NCBI GenBank assembly: GCA_030295235.1
Contig: AP026162.1
Span: 1,488,001-1,552,000, forward strand
Origin: Fistulifera solaris
Taxonomy: Eukaryota
Direction: 5' to 3'
DNA: 64,000 nucleotides
Part shown: positions 11,455-24,344 of the stretch, piece after piece
Position numbering within the stretch: position 1 is the first letter of the stretch
How the letters are laid out: every line of letters starts with the position of its first letter
Notes under the pieces: model-generated
Told to the model about the DNA's origin: nothing
Seen by the model: the letters and a program-made list of their open reading frames with translations, nothing else
Database searches by the model: none
Made by a program: the position numbers and the translations under genes

Positions 11455-12427
11455 CTAGATCGCAAACTTGAAGTGATCGTCCATGCCTGTCGTGTAAATT
11501 GTACCATCACCGGAAAGTTGATCAATGACTTGACGGATTTCGTGTTCCTGGAATCGACCCCGAAAATGTGCTTGAATTTGCGCGACACTGATTCCATTTT
11601 CAAACTTTTCACTCTCAATTTGCATGTAATCTTCAATGGCTTTGCTGACGGGGTTTCCGGCCGAACCCATTCCAGCTGCCGACAACGCAGGTCCTCTCAT
11701 CATGGGTCCGCCCTGGAACCCAATGCCGCTCATCATGGCTTGCGGCGCTCCATATTGGGACTTGCGTTTCGCTGATTCAGCCGTATAGACGACGTCCAGC
11801 ATGTGATGAGTCAATTCATTGCCGTTCGAAAAGGGCGAATACTTTCCGCGAGGATCATGAACTGACCCTCGTAGTCCTTCACTTGCCCCACAACTTTGAC
11901 ATAAATGTGATCGCGTTTTGTTTGTTCACGGAGCTCGGCCATGGCCGAGCATTCGTCCTGGTTGATCCATTGCTTGACGGTGAGAAGGCCAGTCCCATCT
12001 TCCACTTGATACATCATGTTGACACTGGACTCTTCGACACTGCGAACCGCAGCCACCAGCTTGACGTGATAGAGTTTTCTTCCGTCTTCTAGTTGCAGTC
12101 CTCCTCCGTCGCCATTTGGGTCGGGTTTGGAAGTTAAAATCATACGGATGGTCACCGGCTGACAACTTTGCTCATCGTAGCTACGTCTCGCTTTCCCTCC
12201 TCCTCCTCCTCCTCCGCCGCCTCCCGAGTTGGGAGGCGAGTAATTGTCTCCGAATCCTCCTCCGCTTGATCCACCAAACCCTCCGCCGAAACCTCCACCA
12301 AAGCCGCCGCCTCCTTGATAATCCATTCCTTATAACAGAAGAAAGCATCATTTGCGACAGATGAGAACGACTGCAGCATTGACGAAAGTATCTAGTCGTA
12401 CGATGCCTCTTGCTTACCGTAATTCAT
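11455..12427 (-). CDS. RPA2: Replication protein A 32-kDa subunit; micro-exon 12418-12427, intron 12329-12417, indel near 11830
   Basis: Gly-rich N-terminus, PVTIRMI, OB fold YQVEDGTG...YVKVVGQVK, NELTHHML, winged helix ending GDGTIYTTGMDDHFK. Confidence 0.92.
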
Positions 12428-12889
12428 TCTGCTGTGATTATAAGTGTGTGATTTGACGGGAAATACTAGTTGTTGATGTCAATAGCACAAGCAAAAGGAC
12501 CCTGTTCGTTCGAATGATTTCATTGCGATGCCATTGCTGAATTTGCCACCCACGCGCGAGGCGCGACAGTGTTGGATACCGTGATCGAACGCCGGGCATC
12601 CTCTTCGCGCTCCTTCTCGACTGTACTCTTGAGTATAGGATGGATTCAAATATCCCACCGTTGAGTGTTGCAACGGAAATTAACATGGTTTAACACATAC
12701 CTGCTTGACTCACTGCGACATTACAATGGAGGGAGGGACGAGAAATTTCTCACTGCGCGGAGGAGGAATTCTTTTCGTGCTTCTGTGGAGTGGGAGCGAG
12801 CGAGACCGCAGATCCCATTCGTTGCCATCTCGTGCACCTAAAGGACATTGCATCAAGCCTATTTGTTAGCTACAAGCCATTACAGTACC

Positions 12890-13672
12890 ATGGATATCGT
12901 TCAAAAGCAACTCAAAGTCGTCAGAACACGTCTTGACAAGTATCCCGTCTTTCAAGAAGTCGAGGTAAGAAACGAATGACGAAGTCGTCTCTACGCGCTA
13001 AAGTTTGCGGCGTTCCCATTCTCGAATATGCCTCTGGTTCGTTCGCGACAACGTTTGAACTGCGAATTGCTTCGTGAATTTCTTTGCGTTCGTCTGCTAG
13101 CTTTTTCGGCGCTTCAAGATGCTGACGTTGAACATCATCGTGCACATCACTCACTGATTTATGATCACCGCTTCGTACAGGATAAAACCGGTGCACCCAA
13201 AGAAATCGTCGCACTCGGTTTGGCGGTAGTCCTCGGCGTGGCCATCATTTTCGGTATGGGTGTCGGCTCCTTGTCGAGCCTGGTTGGATTCTGCTACCCC
13301 GCCTTCAAGTCGTTTCAAGCGATCGAAACGAAACACAAAGGAGACGACACACAATGGTTGGTATACTGGGTCATCTTCGCCTTCTTCTCCATCATGGAGA
13401 CCTTTGTTGATCTTTTGTTGTACTGGATTCCCTTCTATTATGCCTTCAAGTTGGCGTTCCTTCTCTGGGCGATGATGCCGCAAACTAAGGGTGCCAAGTA
13501 TCTCTACGATACATTCTTGAAGGATCTGCTCAAGAAGAATGAGTCGAAGATTGATGCGGCTTTGGCGGAAGCGAAAAAGCATGCAGGAGCCATGGGATCG
13601 GAATTCGCGAGCGCTACATCGGAGGTCGCCACTGCTGTATCCGCAGCTGTCAAAGGAGACAAGAAGGAGTAA
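12890..13672 (+). CDS. TB2/DP1/HVA22 (REEP5/YOP1-like) ER-shaping protein; intron 12965-13180
   Basis: GFCYPAFKSFQAIE..DDTQWLVYWV; WIPFYYAFKLAFLLWAMMPQTKGA. Exon 1 MDIVQKQLKVVRTRLDKYPVFQEVE joins in frame. Confidence 0.9.
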
Positions 13673-14492
13673 TGTTTGGTGAAGGGCGAATCTAGTCGAT
13701 GTTTGCATAGCTTTTTTGTGATGCTTCCTAAAACTGTTTGAGCTGGATGACTGATTATTGGTGCATAGGAAGCCTCACGTAATGGATGAATTTGTAAGAC
13801 CGTTTCACACGTCACCCTTCTCTAAGATCGTTTCTTTACAACTTTTGCTGGAAGTGACTTAGAGTTGACATAAAAGCGAGTGACTTGCGTGATAGGTGGT
13901 CCCATTCGCCCGTCTTATTCATAGGAACGATCAGTGTGATCTCGACTACCTCTTCGATAGTGCATTTTGTCTTTAGAGTGTTGTGGTCCTCTATGGTTGA
14001 GCACTAACTAGGACGTCCTACCTTTTTATTTGAAGTACTGTAGTCGTTCAACATCGAATGCAGTCGTTCGACCTAGTCTTTCCAGTCTCTAGCTAAGGGA
14101 TTTTCCTGGTCTTCTCATCGTTCCGCAAAGGTGAAAAAATCATCGTTAGGTTCACGTACGGAGTAGAAAGTACATTGTTGACCACAGTATCCTCGTGAAA
14201 AACTGTACTAAAACGAGTCCCAGAACGATAGAATGTGGTACCTTTTGTTAGCAGCTACGACAAGGAAAATTTGTCATGTGGGATTGGATTTGACCGTTGT
14301 AATTATTAGTCACTCCAACGCAGTTCAGTATCGCCGTAGGACTTGTACGAGAAGCTACGGTCGCGTTGGCACTACGCGTCGTTTGAGGACCAAAATCAAC
14401 CGATCCCATGATAAAAGCGCAATCAAAAGGCATCGTCGTCAATGGTGCCTTGCGTAGTAATTAATTAATCTTATTCAAGCAAAGCAACAATC

Positions 14493-15697
14493 ATGTCTTC
14501 TGGAGGACCTTACGGTCGTCAAGGCTATCAATCGAATCCCAGCGGGTATGGTGCTGGTGGAGGTTACGGAGCTCCGACCGGCGGGGGTTACATGGCGCCG
14601 CAGTATGGCGCAGGCTACGGAGGCGGTGCTTCGTATGCCGCTCCCACATCTCAGGGCTCTTATGGAGGCGATTTTGGGGCGTATAATGCTCAAGAATCGA
14701 ATGTGAGTATTGAATGATTGGAAAATGTGAACGTTAGCCGCTGAAATTGTCGGAGTAGCGCTGATGTGATGGGTTGCGCTGAATAAATTCTCACTCTTGC
14801 TGCTTCTTATTATTTCACAAGGACGGAGGTGATGAAAAAGCAAAGACCGGTAAAAAGAGCTTCGCAATTCACGCACTTAATAAGAATGTCTACATGTGGG
14901 CAGGTTTCTTCACGGCGTCACTATTCGTTTACTTTTTACTTTCGGGAGGAGACTTTTCCTTCTTGATGACCTACGGTGCCATGGCTCGAATGTTTGGATT
15001 TGGGATTCTCATTGTAAAGACATATAAAAGTCAGCGAGCCACAGGGGTGTCGGTCAAGTCATTGCAGCTTTATTGCTTAGTGTTCTTCTTTCGCTTAACG
15101 TCAATTATCCGACACGAGGGATATTTGCCTTACGATAAATCGGGGGATTGGTTGTATCATCTCATTGAAATCATGTCACTGATTTTCACGTCGGCGGCTC
15201 TTTACGGATGCATGGTTCCTTTCAAGGGAACGTACCAGGCTGACATGGACCGGTTCGGCGAATTCAATGTTCCACCAGGAGCTGGTGCAGTCTACATCGC
15301 TCTGCCGGTACTGATCATCTCGATTTTCATTCACCCCAATCTCAATGCCGATTTCCTCAGTGATACAGCGTGGACCTATGCTATGTACTTGGAGTCAATG
15401 GCGCTGATCCCTCAGCTTTACATGTTTCAGAAGCAAACTTCGGGCGTTGTCGAATTGCTTACGGCTCACTTTGTTGCCGCCCTGGGTTTTGGTCGATTAA
15501 TGGAATTTCTATTCTGGATCTACAGCTATCATGAATTGGCGAGTAGCTCCGGTTCACGTCTGCCCGGTTATCTAGCTCTCTTTTCGCAATTCGTACAGCT
15601 CGTTTTGATGATCGACTTCTTCTGGTACTACTATATGGCGGTGAAGAACGCCACCCCATTGGTTCTTCCACAACATTCTGGGATGGGTATGGTTTAG
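14493..15697 (+). CDS. ER lumen protein-retaining receptor (ERD2/KDEL receptor family); intron 14703-14821
   Basis: GVSVKSLQLY, EGYLPYDKSGD, AWTYAMYLESMALIPQLYMFQK, DFFWYY; Gly/Tyr-rich exon 1 splices in frame. Confidence 0.88.
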
Positions 15698-16354
15698 ATA
15701 AAACTGTAATTGGCAATCTTCTGAACTCTATAGTCAATCTCAATTTAGTTCAAAGTTGTTCTGTCGAAACGCACGGACCCTTGTCAAGATTTTATTCGGG
15801 CGGCCACTGTGGCCGGCAAAGCGTCCCGCAAGCTCATCATACGCAGTCACGAGAACGATGCGCTGGATTTGGCGAAAGACTATCACGCCATTTACTCGAC
15901 ACCAAGTACCTTGCAAGACGAGACGCAATAGACCTTGCAAGCGACCGTCCTGGAGTCCGTACAACAAGGTGTAACAAGATATGCCAGACATTATTCGTGC
16001 GGTTCAGTCCGAGACGTTCCATGACACCGAGCAGGGAGCAAATTTCTGAACGACAACCAAATCACCTAGTAAGTTAAGGCCTAGCTGGTTACATACTTTA
16101 AAAAAATCGCTCCAAATCATCTTCGTCAACATTCTCTCTGTGGATTCGCTTGCTATTTTTGCTACTTAGACACAATCTTTGTGAATCAATATTCACGCAT
16201 AAGCTGTGCAAAACCAAACTCGTTAAGTACAACGATCATACACTATTTCAGTGTACTAATAAATGCGTGCCGGTATCGATGCCTCAAAAAGAAGCGACCT
16301 TACTATAAGCTCGATTGCTTTCGCGGATTGCGGCCTTTTCCTTGGATCAAGCTA

Positions 16355-16935
16355 TCGATTTCGTCGTTTGAAAAATGAGCAAGAGAAGGCGATTGTCGCG
16401 TCAAGAGGCGTAGTCAAAACAGACGCGAAAACGGACATGCGATCTCTATTTTCAAAGTTGTTCTCACTAATGCTTGTTCGTCTTTGGTCATAGAACATCA
16501 AACATTTTATCTTTCGATGCTTGTTCGTTTTTGGTCATCGAACATCAAACGTTTTATGTTTTTATTTCGTCGTTTGAAAAATGAACAGGAGAAGGCGATT
16601 GTCGCGTCAAGGTCAAAATATAGACGTGAAAGCGGACATGTGCTCTCTAAATTAAAAGTTGTTCTCACTAATGCTTGTTCGTCAATGGTCTTCGAACATC
16701 AAACATTTTATCTTTCGATGCGTGTTCCTCTTTGGTCTTCGAACATCAAACATTTTTCTTCATCTTCGAACATCAAACGTTTTATGTTTTTATTTCGTCG
16801 TTTGAAAAATGAACAGGAAAAGGCGATTGTCGCGTCAAGGTCAAAATAGACGCGAAAGCGGACACGTGCTCTCTATTTTCGAAATTGTTCTCAACAATGC
16901 TTGTTCGTCAATGGTCTTCGAACATCAAACATTTT
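16355..16935. repeat. Three ~205-230-bp tandem units with nested ~40-bp hairpin subrepeats; a diverged copy lies near 19180-19247
   Basis: TTTCGTCGTTTGAAAAATGA.CA.GA.AAGGCGATTGTCGCGTCAAG at ~16359, 16565 and 16794; subrepeat ATGCTTGTTCGT...TCGAACATCAAAC. Confidence 0.92.
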
Positions 16936-17165
16936 TTCTTTTCTTCGAGCGATCGTCGATCTTCAAACATATTTTCATTGTCAGCGCTCAAAATCGTTCT
17001 TTCATCTTGTGTACAGGAATGGAACTGGGGCGACAGTGCGTGTCCTCGTCATTAGCAAATCGGTCAGCGTCTGGATAGTTTCAAGCGTTACATTTGCACG
17101 AGGCATTTACAAATACCTTCTCTTTTGATCCTTTGCATCATCGAATTGCCCAAGACAAGCGTCTC

Positions 17166-17376
17166 TTCCAGTCGCCTCATGTCGGATACCTCTCGCTGTC
17201 AGAAGAACAAGCTCATCCAAGGTGACATCCTTTGGTGATTCGGGCATGATCATCCTTTGGAGACAATAACAGAGTCTCACGGACCATCTCGGCGCCATGC
17301 AAAGCCGTTCCTGAAAACGCACTTTCAGCAGCCTGCAATGCTTCATCGAATGTCACGCCGCCTTCTTCGTCGTCGT
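17166..17376 (-). pseudogene. Duplicated internal fragment of the COG1-like gene (matches 21668-21889)
   Basis: Encodes DDDEEGGVTFDEALQAAESAFSGTALHGAEMVRETLLLSPKDD / MPESPKDVTLDELVLLTARGIRHEATG, with an 11-bp deletion relative to the intact gene. Confidence 0.95.
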
Positions 17377-17659
17377 TATCAAAGCAGCTTGCGACCAAAC
17401 AATCGTACAATTAATGCGTTTTGGCGAAAAACGGAAAACGCAAGAAGCGTAAAGATACGCTTAGTCCGTCCGGTTTTGAACATTATCATGACCAATTGAA
17501 TGGGATGTCTGCCCGGTACATTATTGGGCTAAAAGTGCGAGAAAAAATCAGCATCGCGCAAAAGAAAAAGCGAGAAGCGATCAGAATATTTGCATTGCGT
17601 TCCAAGAGCTCATTATTTCTTATTATTTGCGCATCATCAACTGCAGAACTTATTCGATC

Positions 17660-18706
17660 ATGACAAAATTTACTCCTCGGAAAGACAAGAAACTCAGCCA
17701 AGCGTTTGCTAGCGTTTGGAATGATAATGAGTCTAAGGGTGTTCAACAGACAAACGAAGAATTCTATGGGCGGGTGCACGAAAAGTTTCACGAGCTACTT
17801 CCTAATGCTGGGAAACAATTCGATCGAACCAGCCTTATGAACCGCTTCACCAAATACTTGAACAAAGCGACGCCTGCTTTCACAAAAGCACTCGAACAGA
17901 CAAAGCGTAAAGATGGTGAAAGTAAAAGGACTACTTGGAACGAATTTTGACTCAATACCGAATCAATGAGAACATCGGCAAGAAGACAAAGCTGGACTGG
18001 GTCTTGCCGTGCTGGAAAAGTTCTCCGTAAGCTGTCTAAATATGAAAGTTTGGAAGATGCAGCTCATGGTGATGGTTCGTCGGACAGTACTCGTAGTGCA
18101 AAGCGGGCTGCTGAACAGGGGTCCAATGAGCGCCTCGTCCGCCGTAAGACGAAAGGGGTGATGGTCGCAGATAAGAATAAGAAGATCGAAAAGCTCATGA
18201 CCCAGATAAAGCAGTGGTCCGAGGAAGCTGTTGATGGCATCAATTACGGGTTGCGTCGCATTGCTGCCATAACGAATGCACATGAAAAAGCCTAAGACCT
18301 GTTGCTTGCAGCGAGCGCTTACGACGATGAAGATACGATCCAGCGCGACGAGGATTATAGCGAGTTTGCCATCGACAGTGAAAATGAGAAGGAGGAGGAC
18401 GCTGGTGAAGATGAGGAAACTGATGAAGATGAATTTTCGACCCAGCGCGACGTGGACGCCTTTAGCGAGTATGGCAGCGACAACGAAGATGACAAAGAAA
18501 ATGATAAGAAATCTTCGGTAAGCAGCCATCGGCGTCATCAAAGCCCGTCGCCTCTATTGACCCGTCGCAGCTTAAACGAAAGCGATCATCGTAGCAAGAG
18601 CGAAGACAAGTCTACGAAAGCCCGTCGTGTCTCTTTGGAAAGTGATCGTCGTCGAACAAGCTCGGAGTCTTTGATGGTTGCTCAGTCCCGCAAGAAAAGC
18701 GAGTGA
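17660..18706 (+). pseudogene. Myb/SANT-like (NAM-associated, PIF/Harbinger ORF1-type) protein, disrupted
   Basis: KFTPRKDKKLSQAFASVWND...GVQQTNEEFYGRVHEKF...RTSLMNRF; after frame repair, CWKVLRKLSKY; acidic tail; indels near 17925 and 18018; in-frame TAA at 18293. Confidence 0.6.
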
Positions 18707-19895
18707 GTATAGCTCGGATAGTTCGGATGAGGAATGAGGAAGCTTCTACCTAGATAAGAATGTTCCCTAAGGATGCCCCCGTCTTCACTTGTGCTCCTGC
18801 TTTTTTCTCAATAACGACGGAAGAAAAGCGCTCGAGGTTGAGTGTCATGATGAGAATGACTGTAGACTCCATAGAGCCTTAAATTAGTAGTTGTTTGCTT
18901 ACTATCATTTGGTTTCTACAGCCAGATATGCCATGAAACTCTCCAGTAGCGATGGTAAATAGAATTGCACTTGGTTTTCGTTCAAGTGCATGAAGCAAAC
19001 CGCCCGCGAAGCTCGTCATGAGACGCAAATTGTCAAATACACCTAATATAATTCACTTCTCCCGTGTATCTGTAGATGCGTAACGGAATCAATGGCTGTC
19101 TCTAAAGAAGCGACTTTGCGATTAACTCCATCGATGATTCCATGGATTTGACCACGCTCTTGGATCTTTCAATTTGGCCTTTCGAAAAATGAGCAGGAGC
19201 AATAATCAACGCGTCGTCATCAAAATAGACGTTAGAGCGGGCATGCCACGTTGAATTCACCACCGACTGCCTTTAAAAGAAGATTTCCGGTAATCGTGTT
19301 GTAATTACTATGCATGTGTGTTGAAGATGTTGGGTTGCAGAATCTGGACGGCGACCTGCAGCAATGCGACGATCTAAGGCTTGTCATATTTGATGAATTA
19401 GTTCGGTTTGGTGATAAGATAGGAGAGCCCGACATGTCATTTTCTTATGCTTTGAGTTACAGTTCTAAATCTTCTGCCATTCAAGAAGTTTTTGCATCAA
19501 GCATCACTATACATCATTCATAAGAAAAATGAACCAGACGTTATTTGCATCGTCCCGTGTTTTGTGTTTTCGTCCTTTTTGTGGTTCACGTTTCACGGAT
19601 CATAAGTATCAATATTTTGTTGTTCACTATATAGTGGGTATTAACCGCTACAAATACTATTCAGTATGTTGTGGCTATACAATGAATGTAAATTTGTACC
19701 GGTGTGATTTAGCTGGGATGCGGTGCAGTTTCGTTCGGAAGTTTTGAGCATTTTTTGACACTTGATGACAACATGTTGTAACTTTCGGCTCGACGACCTT
19801 GTAACCACGTAACTATGCAATAGAATCATGACTTTCTATATTACGTTGAGCCTTAAGTCAAAAGGACCCCCTTCCGCGTGGATTAACGGAGCTGC

Positions 19896-20490
19896 ATGAA
19901 GGTTTTCACTGAATTATCGAAGATGTTTGCGGCGTTTTCTTCGGTTATAGGGAAAAATCCTCTCCTCGTCAATAGTTTTACAGGTGGTTCCCTTTGTCTC
20001 GCATCGGATGCTATTGCCCAACGAATGGAGCAGCGTGAATTTGTTGACTCGAGTTTTTCTACGTCCAGGATGCTTTCGGCTGGTTTAATTGGTTCGTTTT
20101 TTGGCGGTGTTGTGTATCCGCGAGCATACGCTCGTCTCGATACGATCTGGCACGGAAAAGATCTCGCTTCTCTCTTCAAGAAGTCTCTGGTGGAAATTTT
20201 AACTGTAGGAGTGTTCGTCAACAGCGTCAGCATATCGAGTCGGGGTGTCTTTTGCGGGCCGGAAGCCAAACTCGGTTGTGCGTCACGTGGCCAGAGAAAT
20301 GCCTCATGTGATGCTCAACGATGCTAGAGTATGGCTGCCTTACAACATGATCGCGTTTTCTTTCATCCCTGCGTATATCCGACCGACTGCTACTGCTTTC
20401 ATGGAAGCCAGTTGGCAGACCTACATTAGTTTACGGTCTCATGATTATGAAACTCATGTTGATTCGGAAAAGGCCGCACTCGTTCTTTGA
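19896..20490 (+). CDS. Mpv17/PMP22 family membrane protein; indel near 20250
   Basis: NPLLVNSFTGGSLCLASDAIAQ, RML..G, VWLPYNMIAFSFIP..IRP, WQTYIS. Confidence 0.85.
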
Positions 20491-20642
20491 AGCTTGTATC
20501 GGTCTATTGGTTTTTAACCTAACGCTATAACTGCTAATGCTTAATTTTAATAAATATTAGAGAGGAGCATTTAATCATAACCGAGTGACAAGAGAGACAT
20601 CGAATAATCATCGTTTTGCGTCGCAAATAACACATTTCCTTA

Positions 20643-23600
20643 CTACCTGTTCTTGAGCATCGATGAGAGAAAGCCAAAACCGCTACTGACTACGTTTGTT
20701 TTGTTCGCATCTTGTGCCTTTTCGGCTTGTTCTCGGTCTTTTGCGTATTTGCCGCGAAGCTGTATTTCGTTGAGTGTTCGATCCGCAGGAACCGGAAGAA
20801 GCGCGTATCGACATGAAGACTCGAGCGGCATGTAGATGAGTGGGTCGGACCGCGTTGACGAGGTTGTGACGATCTCTCCCATGGAAGACACTCTAGCATC
20901 CGTTTGACCGAACAAAGATGCAAAGAAGATGTCGCTTGAATCGAGCACGCGACTGTGCTCCGCTTCGATCTTCGTAGTCAATGCGCGGACAAAGTCTGGT
21001 CGGCAGACCTTTCCGATCACCACGTCGATGGCTTGGCGGAAATGTTCAAGTTGTTTATGTGCTGGTAAGTCTTTTCGTGCAGCAGTGGATGCCGGAGCTG
21101 GGGTGATATCCGTCTGATGATTGTAACAAAGACAAACGAAGCCGACATCAACACGGAGCTGCACGATAGAGGATGAGCAAAAGTCGTCCAAAGTTTTACC
21201 CTCTTTCTTGTTGTACTCAAAACCCATGCGCATACTGTGAATAAAAACATTCATGGATTCATTCAGTATTGCCGACCTTAACGTTTGTAAAAGCATTGGA
21301 ATCGAGCTGGCGCTTGTCGTCGGCAATCCGAGCTTTGTAGCGTACTCAACGGTGGGTGCTGGTTCAAAAGAATCAGCGGGACATGTGTTGCAGTTCAACA
21401 AAGATGAAGCTGCCATGAATAATCCGACGAGATGGGGCGATACGCTATGGGGAAAAATGTTCGCACTTTCTTGTGTTTCTCCATCGGCGGATCCGTAAAT
21501 CCTTTTCCACTCCTCTTCCTTCATACCGGGCCCCGTACGAAAGACTTCATCTGTTTTCTGTCGGAAGTAGCTAGTTTCGGATTGCAGTGATGCACTAGCC
21601 CAATTCGCAAAACATACATTGATGATCTTGTCCAAAGATCTTTGAAATGCGCCCAGTGCGCTCTCGGTTCCAGTCGCCTCATGCCGGATACCTCTCGCTG
21701 TTAGCAGAACCAGCTCATCCAAGGTGACATCCTTTGGTGATTCGGGCATGTCGACTACCTGATCATCCTTAGGAGACAATAACAGAGTCTCACGGACCAT
21801 TTCCGCGCCATGGAAAGCCGTTCCTGAGAACGCACTTTCAACTGCCTGCAATGCTTCGTCGAATGTTACGACGCCGTCTTCGTCGTCGTCACTAACGTCA
21901 AAGGCAGTTTGCATATCCACGTAAGATATCATACCAATCGTACTCTGCATTGCGGCAGGAGATGAATTCGGGTCCAATAGCTTAGGGAGCGCTGACAATC
22001 GATACTTGAGCAAATAGCAAAGTCTTCCGACAATAAACTCTTTCGTGCAGCTACTCGCGTCGTCACTTGTACTCTGAACCAAGCGACGAAGCTCCGAGAC
22101 CAACCGTCCCAAGATTTCGCACGTTTGCACGTACAAAGACTCTCGAAGACGACGTTCGCTTTCGACTCTTTCCTCGGCGTGCACCAAAAGCTCATGAGCA
22201 TCATCGCTCACTTTCATCAAAGACTGATTTAGATCCGTTGTAAGCTGTAAAGTGTTCCGGTAAGCTTCATGAGGTAAAATAGACGAAGCGGGAGGAGCAC
22301 TCGCCAAGGATTTGGTGAGCGTTGCCACAACTAGAGAGTGGACGGATTGGAAGGATGTGGTCAACAACGAATGAACAAGCGACGAAAAGGTGTGGGAAAA
22401 CAGTGCATTCCAGAGTGAAAATCGCTGGTTGCTGATGTCAGCGGCGTTGCCAAAAACAGTGTGAACATCAACCATGTTTTCCACTGCCTCTTCCCAAGTG
22501 CAGACCCCATCTGAGGCTAGGCGTTCCATCGAATGAAGTCCATCTGTCTTATCGTAAAGGCTCTGACGGATGTGTCCCAAGGCACTAGCCGAAGTACCCG
22601 CAATCGAAACTAACACAGTCTTGACTTTCTTGCGGATTAGTGGAAGATGAGTCGCCATAAATGCCGAGCACTTGGACTTTACCGCAGCCTTATCGAAAAC
22701 CGGCAATGAATGGGCGACTCGTTCGACGACGCTTTGGTCAACCGAGTGAAACTTCTTCAAAATGAACATCTGATAAGGGTGCAGCAAAGCATCGTATTGC
22801 AAAACAAGTACAATTTTCGCCAGAATGTGTTCTGGCTCGGCTTCAGCTTCTTCGCTTTTCTCCTTTTGGGGTGTTTGCAGCTTATTCAACAGTGAGACTA
22901 GTAGTTTCGCCTTGGAATCAAAATAGATATCGAGAAGACGAGACGACCGATCTTGACCCTTTCCATATCCAGCAAATCGAGAGAAACGAGCGATGCGGCA
23001 GATTCGTAGACACCGTAGGCTGGGTCGCCACCGCGCTTGCCGAACGACGCGGCGCTCAGAAGGTTCTTGGTCGCCGTGCGTTTGATCTTTTGTGGCAGCG
23101 ATTGCACTTGAAGAAACACCATCTGTGCTTGGTCGATGAGCGAAGAGTCCATATTGTTGAACACCTGGCGCTTTTTAGGATCAGCGAGAGAGTTGGCCAG
23201 AGGATATGACTCCGAGCACGACGCAATCAAGCTAAACAAATCAATCAATGTGGTTGTGGCCTTAAGAGCATCGTTCTTATCCAAAGCGCGGTGAACCATC
23301 CGTGAAAGTTTCGATAAGTTACGCTTCGCATCGAAAAGGATCATTTCGTCGTCCTGAGTTTGGTCTTTTTGTTCCTCGACAGTTTCGTTAGCGCTGGCAT
23401 TTGCAATCGTCACAAGTTTATCAAAGAGGGACGGCAAGCCATGCACCAAGTCGTAAAGTTCTTGAGCGCGTTCATTCATAATAATAACTTCATCGCTACT
23501 TCCCACGAGCTCTCGGTACCGCGAAGCGAGAACCAAACGCAGTTCCGTCCGTTTGGCTTCGGCTTCACGAAGGGCGCGGTCATGAAGCATTCGCATCTCA

Positions 23601-23812
23601 TCGATCGTCATGGTTTTCGCAATGGCTTGAGAGTACTGCGGATTTTGCGTTGCGAGGGCAGGAGGAGGAGGTAGCGATTGTCCGGGCCGGCTGATGCCGC
23701 GAAGGCCGCCCGAAGGGGAACCTCGAATTGACAGAGCAGAGGTACGCGTAGATCGCGGCGACGAGGAAGACCCTGCGGAGTCGACACTAGTCGTCCTGTT
23801 GGTGTTTATCAT
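20643..23812 (-). CDS. COG1: COG1/Vps51-like vesicle tethering subunit; indel near 22960
   Basis: N-terminal EAEAKRTELRLVLASRYRELVGSSDEVIIM resembles the Vps51/COG1 motif. Adding one base gives ...GQDRSSRLLDIYFDSKAKLLVSLLNK and joins the ORFs. Confidence 0.7.
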
Positions 23813-24344
23813 GCTTTATCTTTTCTCAATAGGCTTATTCTGGAAAGTGGAGAGTAATTGAATGATTACTCTATCAACAGTGGCGACAACTTAAGGCGAG
23901 CGCGTCTTCATAGAGCCCGTTGCATGTAAATGCGATGCGCGGTCATGGTGATGATGCGTTTTATGCGGCAATGCTTGTACCGAATCTCCATTATGGATCA
24001 AGGTCGATCGACTGTATCTCAAAGTGTAGACGACATTTATCACGACTGCTTTCAGTCATGAACAAAAATGTTTTATCGCGTATCGCGTTTGCCTCGCGTT
24101 ATCGCTATAGACAGGCCATGACAATAGAAGTACCAGCTATGATAACCTCTTGCAATTCAGCCCTCCACCAAAATAATCTTATCATCTCCTCTCCATTCGT
24201 TGCAAACACGCCCACCCGCGTCATTGACCATCCATGTAAGCTCGTTGTTCAATGAGGTGAACTGGTCTTAGGCGTGAGTCGAGGAATAGAAAACTCGGCG
24301 AATCAAGCAGGTAACAAGTTCCTATAGTACTAATTCTACAAAAC

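Noticed and set aside
12965..13180. Intronic snoRNA in the unusually long REEP intron
   Set aside because: No convincing box C/D pair with a terminal stem and no H/ACA architecture visible.
16074..19856. TTAA-GGC...GCC-TTAA as element termini with TSD
   Set aside because: Only 3 bp of inverted match inside the TTAA, so it is likely chance. It would also leave only ~40 bp upstream of the Mpv17 start.
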